From contig CAZNZL010000003.1 of NCBI GenBank assembly GCA_964577565.1, positions 241 to 64,240 of the forward strand: a stretch of 64,000 nucleotides of DNA, read 5' to 3'. The notes beneath the pieces are model-generated. The model was not told the DNA's origin. It searched no databases and saw nothing but the letters and a program-made list of their open reading frames with translations. Origin of the DNA: an uncultured Candidatus Saccharibacteria bacterium (GTDB taxonomy: Bacteria > Patescibacteriota > Saccharimonadia > Saccharimonadales > JAGQNJ01). Shown one piece after another: positions 17,455 through 25,589 of this stretch. Both the position numbers and the translations under genes were made by a program. Positions within the stretch are counted from its first letter, which is position 1. Each line of letters opens with the position of its first letter.

Positions 17455-18414
17455 ATGGATGAAATAGATAAATCACAAGAGATACAAACACCTGAACAAT
17501 TAGCAGCTGCGGAGCTTAGTAGATTTGCGAGCAATGAAGGACTGGATGAGTTAGCCTCGTTGTACGGCGTGGAGCTTCCTGAAGGAACTTTAGATCGTCT
17601 ATCTACCTTAAAGCAACTTGGCGCAGAACACTGGGACTTCCGTAAAGGCGCAGAGCGTCAGGAGGTTAACTGGGACGAGGGCCTAATTGATGAAGAAGGC
17701 AGCGAACAGCACGATGCTATCTTTGCTGCTGCAGATAAACTTGGTCTAGTGCAAGATACTGAACCTAAAAACAAACACCCAAATTCGTTAGTCATACTTG
17801 GGGGTGCGAATAGGGCTCCTCTTGACCGTCTACGATATGGTCTCGAACATGTTGAAGATTTTGATAGAGTGGCTTATCTTGGCTCATCACGAGCTGTATC
17901 TGATGCCGAACGCGAAAAGGCGGCAGAGTATGCACCTGAAGCTCAAACTGAATTTGATCTAGGCTGTGGCGCTATCGAAACATTACTCGGTGCGAAAATG
18001 ATAGATGAAATCAGTATTGAGCGCGACGGCGATACGTGGGGTATGCGCCTATATGAATTTGAAAGAAATGGCGAGATGAAGCACGGTTTTGTCTTGAGTA
18101 CACCGCAGATGATTGGTAAGCGCAGAGCAACAACTTATGATAATTACCGATTTTTCGCTGATCGAGCAGAATTAGCAGATGATCCTGGACATAGTGTTGT
18201 AGCTGTTACTACCGGCTTTTATACACAAGGCCAACACATGCCAGGTGTTCAAGAACTAACTTTGCCATTTGGTACTACTGTTGAGACGATTGGTCATAGC
18301 GCAGAGTATTCGGGTGTAACCCGTAAGGCCAGCCAACTACTGCAGGAAACGAAATCGGCAGTAGATGCTGCAGTAAGATTAGAAGCTGCAATCAATGAGC
18401 GAACTGAATCATAG
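17455..18414 (+). CDS. hypothetical protein (319 aa)
   Basis: TATACT at 17443-17448 lies 6 nt before the ATG. LVILGGANRAPLDR weakly resembles DUF218/YdcF. Confidence 0.65.
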   Translation: MDEIDKSQEIQTPEQLAAAELSRFASNEGLDELASLYGVELPEGTLDRLSTLKQLGAEHWDFRKGAERQEVNWDEGLIDEEGSEQHDAIFAAADKLGLVQDTEPKNKHPNSLVILGGANRAPLDRLRYGLEHVEDFDRVAYLGSSRAVSDAEREKAAEYAPEAQTEFDLGCGAIETLLGAKMIDEISIERDGDTWGMRLYEFERNGEMKHGFVLSTPQMIGKRRATTYDNYRFFADRAELADDPGHSVVAVTTGFYTQGQHMPGVQELTLPFGTTVETIGHSAEYSGVTRKASQLLQETKSAVDAAVRLEAAINERTES

Positions 18415-18691
18415 ACTATTAGAACGGTTTGAGTTAGTAGACGTAGACGCTCTAACACGGCCAATCCCAGAGATGGACGAGCTGAGAGAGCGTAAAAGGG
18501 CTATGGTGATATCCCGATTGATACTACTCACCCTAAGTTTGACGAACCATTGGTTAGTATTACAGATTATGGAATTGCCGGACAAGGTTACTATTCGCGA
18601 CCAAATGCAGCAACAAGGGAATCAGTACCAGACGCGCCGACTAAACAGAAGGCAATTATTGACAAACGTTGTTAAATTTGCTATAATATAA
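18395..18691 (+). pseudogene. possible frameshifted gene remnant
   Basis: The annotated frame gives an implausible Q/R/L-rich tail. A second frame from ~18496 reads GYGDIPIDTTHPKFDEPLVSITDYGIAGQGYYSRPNAATRE and resembles the N-terminus of M15 D-Ala-D-Ala dipeptidases. Confidence 0.3.
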
Positions 18692-18693
18692 GT

Positions 18694-18978
18694 ATGGGCG
18701 AAACTCCACAACCTCCTGAGCCAAAAGACGTAAAAAAAGTATGGCCTGATGCTATTGGTTCACCTAAAGATGAAAAGCGTGCCAGAAGAACTCAGAAAAC
18801 GAATCTGGAATCAGAAATCGATAAACTAACAGAGGGCATAGAAGACACTCAAGATATGATGCGCCGTACGGGTGATCCGGCTTTGCCTCAAGCGCTTGAT
18901 GATGCGACTGATGCTGCTTTGCGTGCACAGCGAGACTTACGTCAACTTGAAGAAGATGATAATAACTTTAACGGATGA
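18694..18978 (+). CDS. small hypothetical acidic protein (94 aa)
   Basis: Extended -10 (TGcTATAAT, 18679-18687) lies 6 nt before the ATG. Confidence 0.6.
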   Translation: MGETPQPPEPKDVKKVWPDAIGSPKDEKRARRTQKTNLESEIDKLTEGIEDTQDMMRRTGDPALPQALDDATDAALRAQRDLRQLEEDDNNFNG

Positions 18979-18993
18979 TATAATAATCAAGCG

Positions 18994-21138
18994 ATGGCAA
19001 AAAAGAGAAAACAAACAAGAAAAAAGAAGACAGAACCGGTAGAAAAATCACCGTTTTGGGCGATGGCTGGCGGTGTGATCATGTTGCTGTTGGCGGTCTT
19101 TTTGCTGCTGGGCGGCTTCGGGGCCGGCGGGCCGTTGCCACAAGGCATGTTTAATGCCGCTTACTGGGCATTGGGCTGGGGCGCGTACGCTACACCGCTC
19201 GCGCTCGCTTTTTTTGGAATCTTAAAGTTTACCGAAGAAGATCACGAGATACCGCTTGGCAAGCTGGTGAGCATGATTGCATTTCTCGTAATGTTGGCAA
19301 GCTGGCTACATGTTGCGTTTGCTACTGAAGATCTTGTAGGCGAATTTACGGGTGGCCGCGGCGGTGCAATCGGCGAACTCATCGGCGGTATTACCCTAAG
19401 CGCGTTATCAAAAATGCCAGCTAGCGTCATGTTTTTTGTTTTTACGCTTCTAGCGTTCTTTTTTGCATTTAACATATCGCTTGATATCTTTTTGAGGCTA
19501 GGCGACTTGTTTAAGCGCGAAGAAGGCGACGAAAGTGAGCTCGGCAAGCTTAAAACAAACGCCGGCTTTCAATTGAACGAAGGCGTACCGGTTGAGCATG
19601 CTAAGGGTAGGCCAGTCGGTATTAAAAACAGCGCTCAAAAGCTAACCGCAGAAGAAAATCACGAGGCGCTAACGGTAGCCAGTGACCCAACGTGGAAGTT
19701 GCCTGGCTTTGACTTGCTTAATCAAAAACAAGACAAAGCTGATGCCGGTGATGTTGAGGGTAATGCTCGCACCATTAAAGAGTCGCTCTCTAATTTTAAT
19801 ATTGATGTAGAGATGGAAGGCGCTAACATTGGCCCGCGCGTAACGCAGTATACCCTGAAGCCTTCTACCGGTGTAAAGCTCAATAAAATTACCGGCCATG
19901 CTGACAACTTGGCGTATGACCTTGCGGCACATTCAATTAGAATTGAGGCGCCAATTCCGGGTAAACGAGCGGTAGGTATAGAAGTACCGAATGTAAAATC
20001 AGCCACCGTTCGCATTAGCAGCATTATGCAATCGCCCGAGTGGAAGGGTATAAATAGCCCACTGGGTTTTGCGATTGGTAAAGACATCTCTGGTAAAGCT
20101 ATTACCGCCTCATTAGATAAAATGCCGCACCTGCTTGTGGCTGGTCAGACAGGTTCTGGTAAGTCGGTCATGATCAATACCATTTTAACAAGCTTGCTTT
20201 ACCGCAATAGCCCCAGTGATCTTAAGCTTATTTTGGTTGACCCCAAACAGGTTGAATTAAAGCCGTATGATGAAATTCCACATCTATTAACACCGGTTAT
20301 AACCGAGCCAGAGAAATGCATCAGCGCGCTTAAATGGACGGTCGCCGAGATGGAGCGTCGCTATAAAGCACTTGCAGAGCTGCGCGTGCGCAATGTTGTT
20401 GAATACAACAACAAGAAGAAAGAAGAAGGTATGCCGTATATTGTGGTTGTGATTGACGAGTTGGCAGATCTGATGATGATGGCCGCTCGTGACGTCGAGG
20501 CACTGATCGTACGCATTGCCCAAAAAGCGCGCGCCGTTGGTATTCACCTTATTTTGGCAACACAGCGCCCGAGCGTAGATGTTATTACTGGTCTGATAAA
20601 AGCTAACGTGCCGGCTCGTATTGCCTTTACGGTTGCCAGCCAAGTTGACTCTCGTACCATTATTGACCAAATCGGCGCCGAAAAGCTGCTGGGCCAGGGT
20701 GACATGTTGCTCTTAACGGCCGACATGCCAAAACCGGTTCGCGTCCAAGGTGCGTTAATCACTGATGAAGAAACCAATAGGGTTACTGACTTTATTCGTG
20801 ACCAACGCGAACCGCAATATGACGAAGAGGTTGTAAGCCAGCCGGTGCAACTAAACGGACGCGGTGGCGTTGTGGCTCAAATTGATGACACTGATGAGCC
20901 TATCTTTAAAGATGCCGTACGGGTAGTGATTGAAGGTCGCAAAGCCAGTACGAGCCTCTTGCAGCGGCGCTTGCGTATTGGTTACGCCAAGGCAGCACGC
21001 TTAATCGAAGCCATGGAAGAGCAAGGTATTATAGGACAAGCAGATGGATCACGGCCACGTGAAGTGCTGGTGAGTTCAATGGACGAAGTCTTTGGTGGTG
21101 GAGCTGACAACACCGTGGCCGAAGATGAGGCGCTGTAG
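18994..21138 (+). CDS. ftsK: DNA translocase FtsK/SpoIIIE
   Basis: N-terminal TM helices, motor Walker A (GQTGSGKSV), Walker B (VVVIDELADLM) and a gamma winged-helix (LLQRRLRIGYAKAARLIE). Confidence 0.93.
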   Translation: MAKKRKQTRKKKTEPVEKSPFWAMAGGVIMLLLAVFLLLGGFGAGGPLPQGMFNAAYWALGWGAYATPLALAFFGILKFTEEDHEIPLGKLVSMIAFLVMLASWLHVAFATEDLVGEFTGGRGGAIGELIGGITLSALSKMPASVMFFVFTLLAFFFAFNISLDIFLRLGDLFKREEGDESELGKLKTNAGFQLNEGVPVEHAKGRPVGIKNSAQKLTAEENHEALTVASDPTWKLPGFDLLNQKQDKADAGDVEGNARTIKESLSNFNIDVEMEGANIGPRVTQYTLKPSTGVKLNKITGHADNLAYDLAAHSIRIEAPIPGKRAVGIEVPNVKSATVRISSIMQSPEWKGINSPLGFAIGKDISGKAITASLDKMPHLLVAGQTGSGKSVMINTILTSLLYRNSPSDLKLILVDPKQVELKPYDEIPHLLTPVITEPEKCISALKWTVAEMERRYKALAELRVRNVVEYNNKKKEEGMPYIVVVIDELADLMMMAARDVEALIVRIAQKARAVGIHLILATQRPSVDVITGLIKANVPARIAFTVASQVDSRTIIDQIGAEKLLGQGDMLLLTADMPKPVRVQGALITDEETNRVTDFIRDQREPQYDEEVVSQPVQLNGRGGVVAQIDDTDEPIFKDAVRVVIEGRKASTSLLQRRLRIGYAKAARLIEAMEEQGIIGQADGSRPREVLVSSMDEVFGGGADNTVAEDEAL

Positions 21139-21209
21139 CTAGCAAATAAACTTGCTTCTGACTGTAAAATTGCTTACGATTAAATAAGAAACAAAAACTG
21201 GGTAAAAGA

Positions 21210-21248
21210 GGTCGGCTGGAGTCCTAATGGCTCTGACCGACCTTTTTT
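21210..21248 (+). terminator. intrinsic terminator after ftsK
   Basis: GGTCGG...CCGACC stem followed by TTTTTT. Confidence 0.7.
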
Positions 21249-21375
21249 GAACCTTATTTGCATCATCTGCTTCTGACAGTTCTTTCAAAAAGAACCAAAG
21301 CCTTTGTTCCTTTTTGTTTCGGCAAAAAAGAACCCAAAAAGCCGACTGGCGACTGAAAAACAATGATGTTCATTC

Positions 21376-21465
21376 ACGTGTCTGGTATCCGGATTCTACG
21401 TAACGACCCTTCGGGGTCGCCCGGCTACTGCCGGGTGAGCCTCGAATCACGGTATACCAGACTAC
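21376..21465. mobile_element. 90-nt MITE-like palindromic element flanked by an 8-bp direct repeat (GTTCATTC)
   Basis: Imperfect terminal inverted repeats: ACGTGTCTGGTATCCGGATTC versus the reverse complement of GAATCACGGTATACCAGACTACGT. Direct repeats at 21368-21375 and 21466-21473. Internal GACCC-ttcg-GGGTC and CCCGGC-tact-GCCGGG hairpins. Confidence 0.55.
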
Positions 21466-21688
21466 GTTCATTCTCTTCAGTTTTTCAGAGCCAGGTTTTC
21501 AGTATCAGGTGTGGCTTATTTCATACCTGGTTTAGATTACGCCAAACTTGACTTTGATTTTTTCTGGCTCTGGCAGTTCATGATGAGTGAATGTCAAATG
21601 AACAATTAAGCAAGCGACAAACTTGCCCCGTACGGGGATGCTTGTCACTGTTTGGAGCCATTGTTCTATTTGACAATGAAATTATAAA

Positions 21689-21783
21689 GAACTGGCAGTC
21701 GCCAGTGGCACTTTTGCCCCATCTTTTCTTGCTACTGAGAAAAGTGGGTCGCTGGACAGCTTGCGTTAGCAAGCGAGCGAAAC
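21689..21783 (+). repeat. structured intergenic repeat family 1, copy B
   Basis: Reverse complement of 6456-6549 at ~95% identity. Confidence 0.85.
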
Positions 21784-21832
21784 TGCAAAAACTTTGGTTA
21801 TACCTTTTGTCCATTTAAATAGGTGTTGGGGT

Positions 21833-21861
21833 TTGACAAACAGGGGTGATTTTAGTAAAAT
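21833..21861 (+). promoter_or_regulatory. rpsF operon promoter (TTGACA-17-TAAAAT)
   Basis: Consensus-like hexamers about 75 nt upstream of the GTG start. The leader contains a GC hairpin and a GGAAGGAG Shine-Dalgarno sequence. Confidence 0.7.
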
Positions 21862-21937
21862 TAACGCATTATTAACTTATTCAGCTCGTAGCCTCTAGGG
21901 CGTACGGGCCGAGACCAAAGGAAGGAGTTTAGACTTA

Positions 21938-22324
21938 GTGAATAAGTACGAACTAGCCGTACTGTATCACCCTGATCTTGAAGTAGATCTTGATAAGGGC
22001 GAACAGCGCGTTAAAAAAATCATTGAAGACAATAAGGGCAAGATTGTCGAGAGTGATAACTGGGGCAAAAAGAAGCTTGCGTACCCAATCAACAGATTAG
22101 AGTCAGCTGTATATGTGTTCTATGCAACAGAGTTAGAGCCAACCAGCCTCGCAAAAATTGAGTCAACCCTTAACATCACCGACGAAGTTATTCGTTATTT
22201 GATAGTTAAGATTGACCCTAAAGAAGAAGCAAAAGTCGCGGCAGCCAAAGAAGCCGCCGCCAAGAAGCAAGCAGCACGTGCCGAAGCCGCAAACGATGAT
22301 TCAAAAGAAGAACCCGAAGAATAA
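21938..22324 (+). CDS. rpsF: 30S ribosomal protein S6 (GTG start) with an acidic/Ala-rich tail
   Basis: YELAVLYHPDLE...WGKKKLAYPI signature. Confidence 0.92.
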   Translation: MNKYELAVLYHPDLEVDLDKGEQRVKKIIEDNKGKIVESDNWGKKKLAYPINRLESAVYVFYATELEPTSLAKIESTLNITDEVIRYLIVKIDPKEEAKVAAAKEAAAKKQAARAEAANDDSKEEPEE

Positions 22325-22359
22325 ATAAGGTACACTAGGGGCAGTAAGGAGATTTAGGG

Positions 22360-22830
22360 ATGGCAAAGGGATTTAACAAAGTAATTTTAATGGGTAACCT
22401 CACGCGTGACCCAGAAGTTCGCACGACCCCAAATGGTCAAAGTGTCGCTAACTTTTCATTAGCGGTAAATCGTACCTGGAAGGGTGCGGATGGCAACCAG
22501 CAAGAATCAGTCAGCTATATTGATTGTGTTGCATGGGGTCGCACCGGTGAAGTGATTGCGCAGTACATGCAAAAAGGTCGACCAATTTTAGTTTCTGGTC
22601 GTTTAGATCAGCGAAGCTGGGAACAAGATGGTCAAAAGCGCAGCAAGGTTGAAGTAGTGATTGAAGACTTTAACTTTGTTGGTGGCGGTGGTGGTGACTT
22701 TGGTGGTAATAACGGTGGCGGTGCATCGCGACAAAGCTCCGGCGGAAGTCAGAGTAAAAAGTCTGATGACGTGGTGATTGAAGATATTAAGGATGATGAA
22801 GAGATTAACCTCGACGACATCCCATTTTAA
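22360..22830 (+). CDS. ssb: single-stranded DNA-binding protein
   Basis: OB fold (NKVILMGNLTRDPEVRTTPNG), Gly-rich linker and an acidic DDIPF tip. Confidence 0.93.
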   Translation: MAKGFNKVILMGNLTRDPEVRTTPNGQSVANFSLAVNRTWKGADGNQQESVSYIDCVAWGRTGEVIAQYMQKGRPILVSGRLDQRSWEQDGQKRSKVEVVIEDFNFVGGGGGDFGGNNGGGASRQSSGGSQSKKSDDVVIEDIKDDEEINLDDIPF

Positions 22831-22850
22831 GCCACGCTTACGCTGGCTTA

Positions 22851-22917
22851 TGAGACAACCAAGGGTTTTCTCATCGCGCCGGCAAAATGGTTCACATTTT
22901 GTCGGGCTGCTCTTTCC
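22851..22917 (-). repeat. structured intergenic repeat family 2, copy 2
   Basis: Same flanks and CAAAATG/CATTTTG stem as 9232-9302, with a different loop. Confidence 0.8.
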
Positions 22918-23058
22918 TAACTGGGGTGGATCAACGGAGATTTAAAAATGAGTAATATATGTGAAAGTTCTAATATATGCATCCAAGCATAAATGCTTGA
23001 ACTGAAAAGCGGTGACTTTACAGCAATCAACTAAACTAAAGAAAGGAGAGGGGCTAAA

Positions 23059-23143
23059 GGAAAAAGAGCAGGGCCGGTCTGTCCATAGACAGATCACGAT
23101 TCATTCGTGAAGGCCCGATGAGAAAAAACGTAGTTTAGTCTCA
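23059..23143 (+). repeat. structured intergenic repeat family 2, copy 3 (inverted relative to copy 2)
   Basis: GGAAAAAGAGCAG, then a GGGCC...GGCCC branched hairpin, then CGATGAGAAAAAA...GTCTCA. Confidence 0.7.
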
Positions 23144-23159
23144 TTAGCCCCGCGTTATT

Positions 23160-23363
23160 ATGGCGAAGATATTTAGAAAACGAGACGAAGTAGCATTTTT
23201 TGACTATAAAGACTTTAAGACCTTACAACGTTACGTAAACGTATATGGTCAGATTGAGGGCCGCAAAAAAACCGGTCTAACTGAGAGTCAACAGCGTCAC
23301 TTGGCGCGTGCTATTAAGCGTGCACGACATCTAGCATTGTTACCATTCGTTGCTAACAATTAG
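23160..23363 (+). CDS. rpsR: 30S ribosomal protein S18
   Basis: FFDYKDFKTLQRYV...GLT..QQR.LA.AIKRAR.LALLPF. Confidence 0.92.
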   Translation: MAKIFRKRDEVAFFDYKDFKTLQRYVNVYGQIEGRKKTGLTESQQRHLARAIKRARHLALLPFVANN

Positions 23364-23374
23364 AGGATCCGTAG

Positions 23375-23941
23375 ATGGCGTTTGGAATTACTGATCTTAA
23401 AAAAGGCACGTTGTTTCAGTGGAATGGCGAGCCTTACAAAGTTATTGAATATGCTCAAAAAGTAATGGGCCGTGGTGGCTCAATTGTGAATGTTCGCATT
23501 AAGAGTTTGCTTGACGGTAAGGTTTTAGAAAAAACCTTTAAGGGCAATGAACAGCTAGAACCCGCAGAAGTAACAAACAAAAATGTGCAGTACTTGTATA
23601 ACGACGGTACAACCTTTTACTTCATGGAGGATGATACATACGAACAGTTTGAGATATCAGCAGACTTAATTGGTGACCAGCAAGGATATTTAAAAGAGGG
23701 TGATCGTGTAGTGGCGCAACTTTTTAACGGTAGGGTTATAAATGTAGAGTTGCCTAAAAATGTGTACCTCAAAGTTACTTATGCAGAAGATGTTGTGAAG
23801 GGTGACACAACCTCAAGCGTGCAAAAAGATGCCGAGCTAGAAACTGGCATTACCGTAAAAGTACCATCTTTTATTAAGACTGGCGATGTAATTAGCGTCG
23901 ATACAGCCACGGGGGCTTACCGTGAACGAAAAAAAGATTAG
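23375..23941 (+). CDS. efp: translation elongation factor P
   Basis: 188 aa with DLKKGTLFQWNGEPYKVIEY...GRGGSIV. Confidence 0.92.
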   Translation: MAFGITDLKKGTLFQWNGEPYKVIEYAQKVMGRGGSIVNVRIKSLLDGKVLEKTFKGNEQLEPAEVTNKNVQYLYNDGTTFYFMEDDTYEQFEISADLIGDQQGYLKEGDRVVAQLFNGRVINVELPKNVYLKVTYAEDVVKGDTTSSVQKDAELETGITVKVPSFIKTGDVISVDTATGAYRERKKD

Positions 23942-24434
23942 CTTAGAGCACGAACCTGGAGCGCTTGACCCGTCGTACTTACTGACGTATTTTGTAGAGC
24001 CAATGCAGATTGGTCGGACCTTTTCGGATTGGCCGCTGCACATAACTATCATTCCATGGTTTAGCGTTAAAAACATAGAGCAAGCCGATGAAGCGCTTGA
24101 GCAAATTGCTGGCAACCATCAACCATTAAAGGCAATTGGTTCTACGCGTGAGACTTTTGGTGAGCATGATGTGTGTTTGGTTGAGCCAGCAGACGTGCTT
24201 CGTACCATTCACAAAGCAGTTTATGCATCACTACAATCGCTTGATGCGCGCTTTATAAGCACCGAATTTTTTGGTGATAATTATAATCCCCACGTCACCA
24301 CTCAAGGCGAAGCTATTTTTGCAGTTGGTGAACATATTCTACTCAACGGCTTCTACTTAGTGCGGCGCCATCGTGAACAAGAGACGGATCAGTATGTAAA
24401 AACCATAGCTAAAAATTACAGCTTTAGCAGATAA
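23922..24434 (+). CDS. 2H phosphoesterase (LigT-like) family protein
   Basis: Two HxTx motifs (LHITIIPWF and PHVTTQG). The GTG start overlaps the efp end. Confidence 0.65.
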   Translation: MNEKKISLEHEPGALDPSYLLTYFVEPMQIGRTFSDWPLHITIIPWFSVKNIEQADEALEQIAGNHQPLKAIGSTRETFGEHDVCLVEPADVLRTIHKAVYASLQSLDARFISTEFFGDNYNPHVTTQGEAIFAVGEHILLNGFYLVRRHREQETDQYVKTIAKNYSFSR

Positions 24435-24448
24435 AAAACGCAACCACT

Positions 24449-24475
24449 TTCTAACTTTCTTAAGAATGTTAGAAT
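24449..24475. promoter_or_regulatory. near-palindromic operator overlapping the extended -10 (TGtTAGAAT) of the ArsR-family gene
   Basis: TTCTAACtTTCTT|AAGAAtGTTAGAA has 13-bp arms with 1 mismatch. The ATG lies 6 nt after the -10 box. Confidence 0.6.
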
Positions 24476-24481
24476 GAAATT

Positions 24482-24748
24482 ATGAATAGTGTTCAGAAAG
24501 CAGAGGTAGTGAAGGGTTTTTCTAACCACTACCGAATAGAAATCTTAAGATTATTGCACAAGCATCCCCGCCTTTCCGTTGAGGAAATAGCTGATGAAAT
24601 TGGGGCAGAATACAAAACGATGGCCGCCCACATCCGCCGTATGTATACAAGTGGTTTGGTTTTAAAGAGATACCGCGGTCGAAGAGTAGAGCACATCTTA
24701 ACAAAGCGCGGTCTCAATGTTCTAACATTCTTAAGAAAGTTAGCATGA
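24482..24748 (+). CDS. ArsR/SmtB-family winged-helix transcriptional regulator
   Basis: 88 aa with HYRIEILRLL...LSVEEIADEIG...AHIRRMYTSGLV. Confidence 0.8.
   Translation: MNSVQKAEVVKGFSNHYRIEILRLLHKHPRLSVEEIADEIGAEYKTMAAHIRRMYTSGLVLKRYRGRRVEHILTKRGLNVLTFLRKLA
24722..24743. promoter_or_regulatory. second copy of the operator palindrome, at the arsR-like 3' end just upstream of tlyA
   Basis: CTAACATTCTT|AAGAAAGTTAG has 11-bp arms with 1 mismatch. Confidence 0.5.
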
Positions 24749-25461
24749 AACAGAGGCTGGATGTACGGCTTTTAAATAGAAAATTTGCAGAAAGCCGCTC
24801 TCAAGCGGAGAACTTTATTAAGCTTGGCGAAGTTACGGTAGACGGCAAATTAATCACCAAGCCGGGCTATTTTGTCAGTGATTCGTCAGAAATAAAAGTG
24901 ACCGCTAATGAGCGATATGTCTCACGTGCTGGCCTTAAGCTAGCGTCAGTAGCTCAAATATTTAAACTACATTTTAAAAATAAAACCGTTTTAGATGTAG
25001 GCTCGTCTACCGGCGGGTTTACAGATTATGCTCTCCAGCATGGTGCACAAAAAGTTATTGCAGTAGATGTTGGCACTAATCAGCTGCACCCGAAGTTGCG
25101 CGCAGATAAAAGAATCGAGCTGCATGAACAAACCGACATCAGAGACTTAAAAAAGTTGACTTCAGAACCCGATATTGTCGTGATTGACGTCTCGTTTATA
25201 TCGCTTAAAGAGGTTTTGCCTCACGTATCAACACTTCTATCTAAAGACGCACTTATTGCCGCTATGTTAAAGCCGCAATTTGAAGCCGGTGCTCAGCATA
25301 AACATAAGGGAGTTATAAAAAACGAAAAAATTCGGCGCGAGATTCTAAAAGACTTTGAACAGTGGGTGAAGGGTTACTTTGTTATTTTACAAAAAGCTGA
25401 CAGCGGTATTACGGGTACAAAAGGCAACCAAGAACGATTTTATTTATTAAAAAGATCGTAG
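24745..25461 (+). CDS. tlyA: TlyA-family rRNA 2'-O-methyltransferase
   Basis: S4 domain followed by an FtsJ fold (VLDVGSSTGGFTDYAL). Confidence 0.88.
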   Translation: MKQRLDVRLLNRKFAESRSQAENFIKLGEVTVDGKLITKPGYFVSDSSEIKVTANERYVSRAGLKLASVAQIFKLHFKNKTVLDVGSSTGGFTDYALQHGAQKVIAVDVGTNQLHPKLRADKRIELHEQTDIRDLKKLTSEPDIVVIDVSFISLKEVLPHVSTLLSKDALIAAMLKPQFEAGAQHKHKGVIKNEKIRREILKDFEQWVKGYFVILQKADSGITGTKGNQERFYLLKRS

Positions 25462-25462
25462 T

Positions 25463-25512
25463 GGAGAGCAGCCTGAGCAACGAATTTATTTCGTGCCCGG
25501 CGCGCCGAGAGG
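25463..25512 (+). repeat. structured intergenic repeat family 2, copy 4
   Basis: GGAGAGCAGCC, then a GCAACGAA-ttta-TTTCGTGC hairpin, then CCGGCGCGCCGAGAGG. Confidence 0.6.
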
Positions 25513-25589
25513 GTATATTCTCCTCTCAAGTGAGTGGCAATAAATAACGTTTTTACTTATTAAAACTGGTAAACTGATAAAATTAAGAT

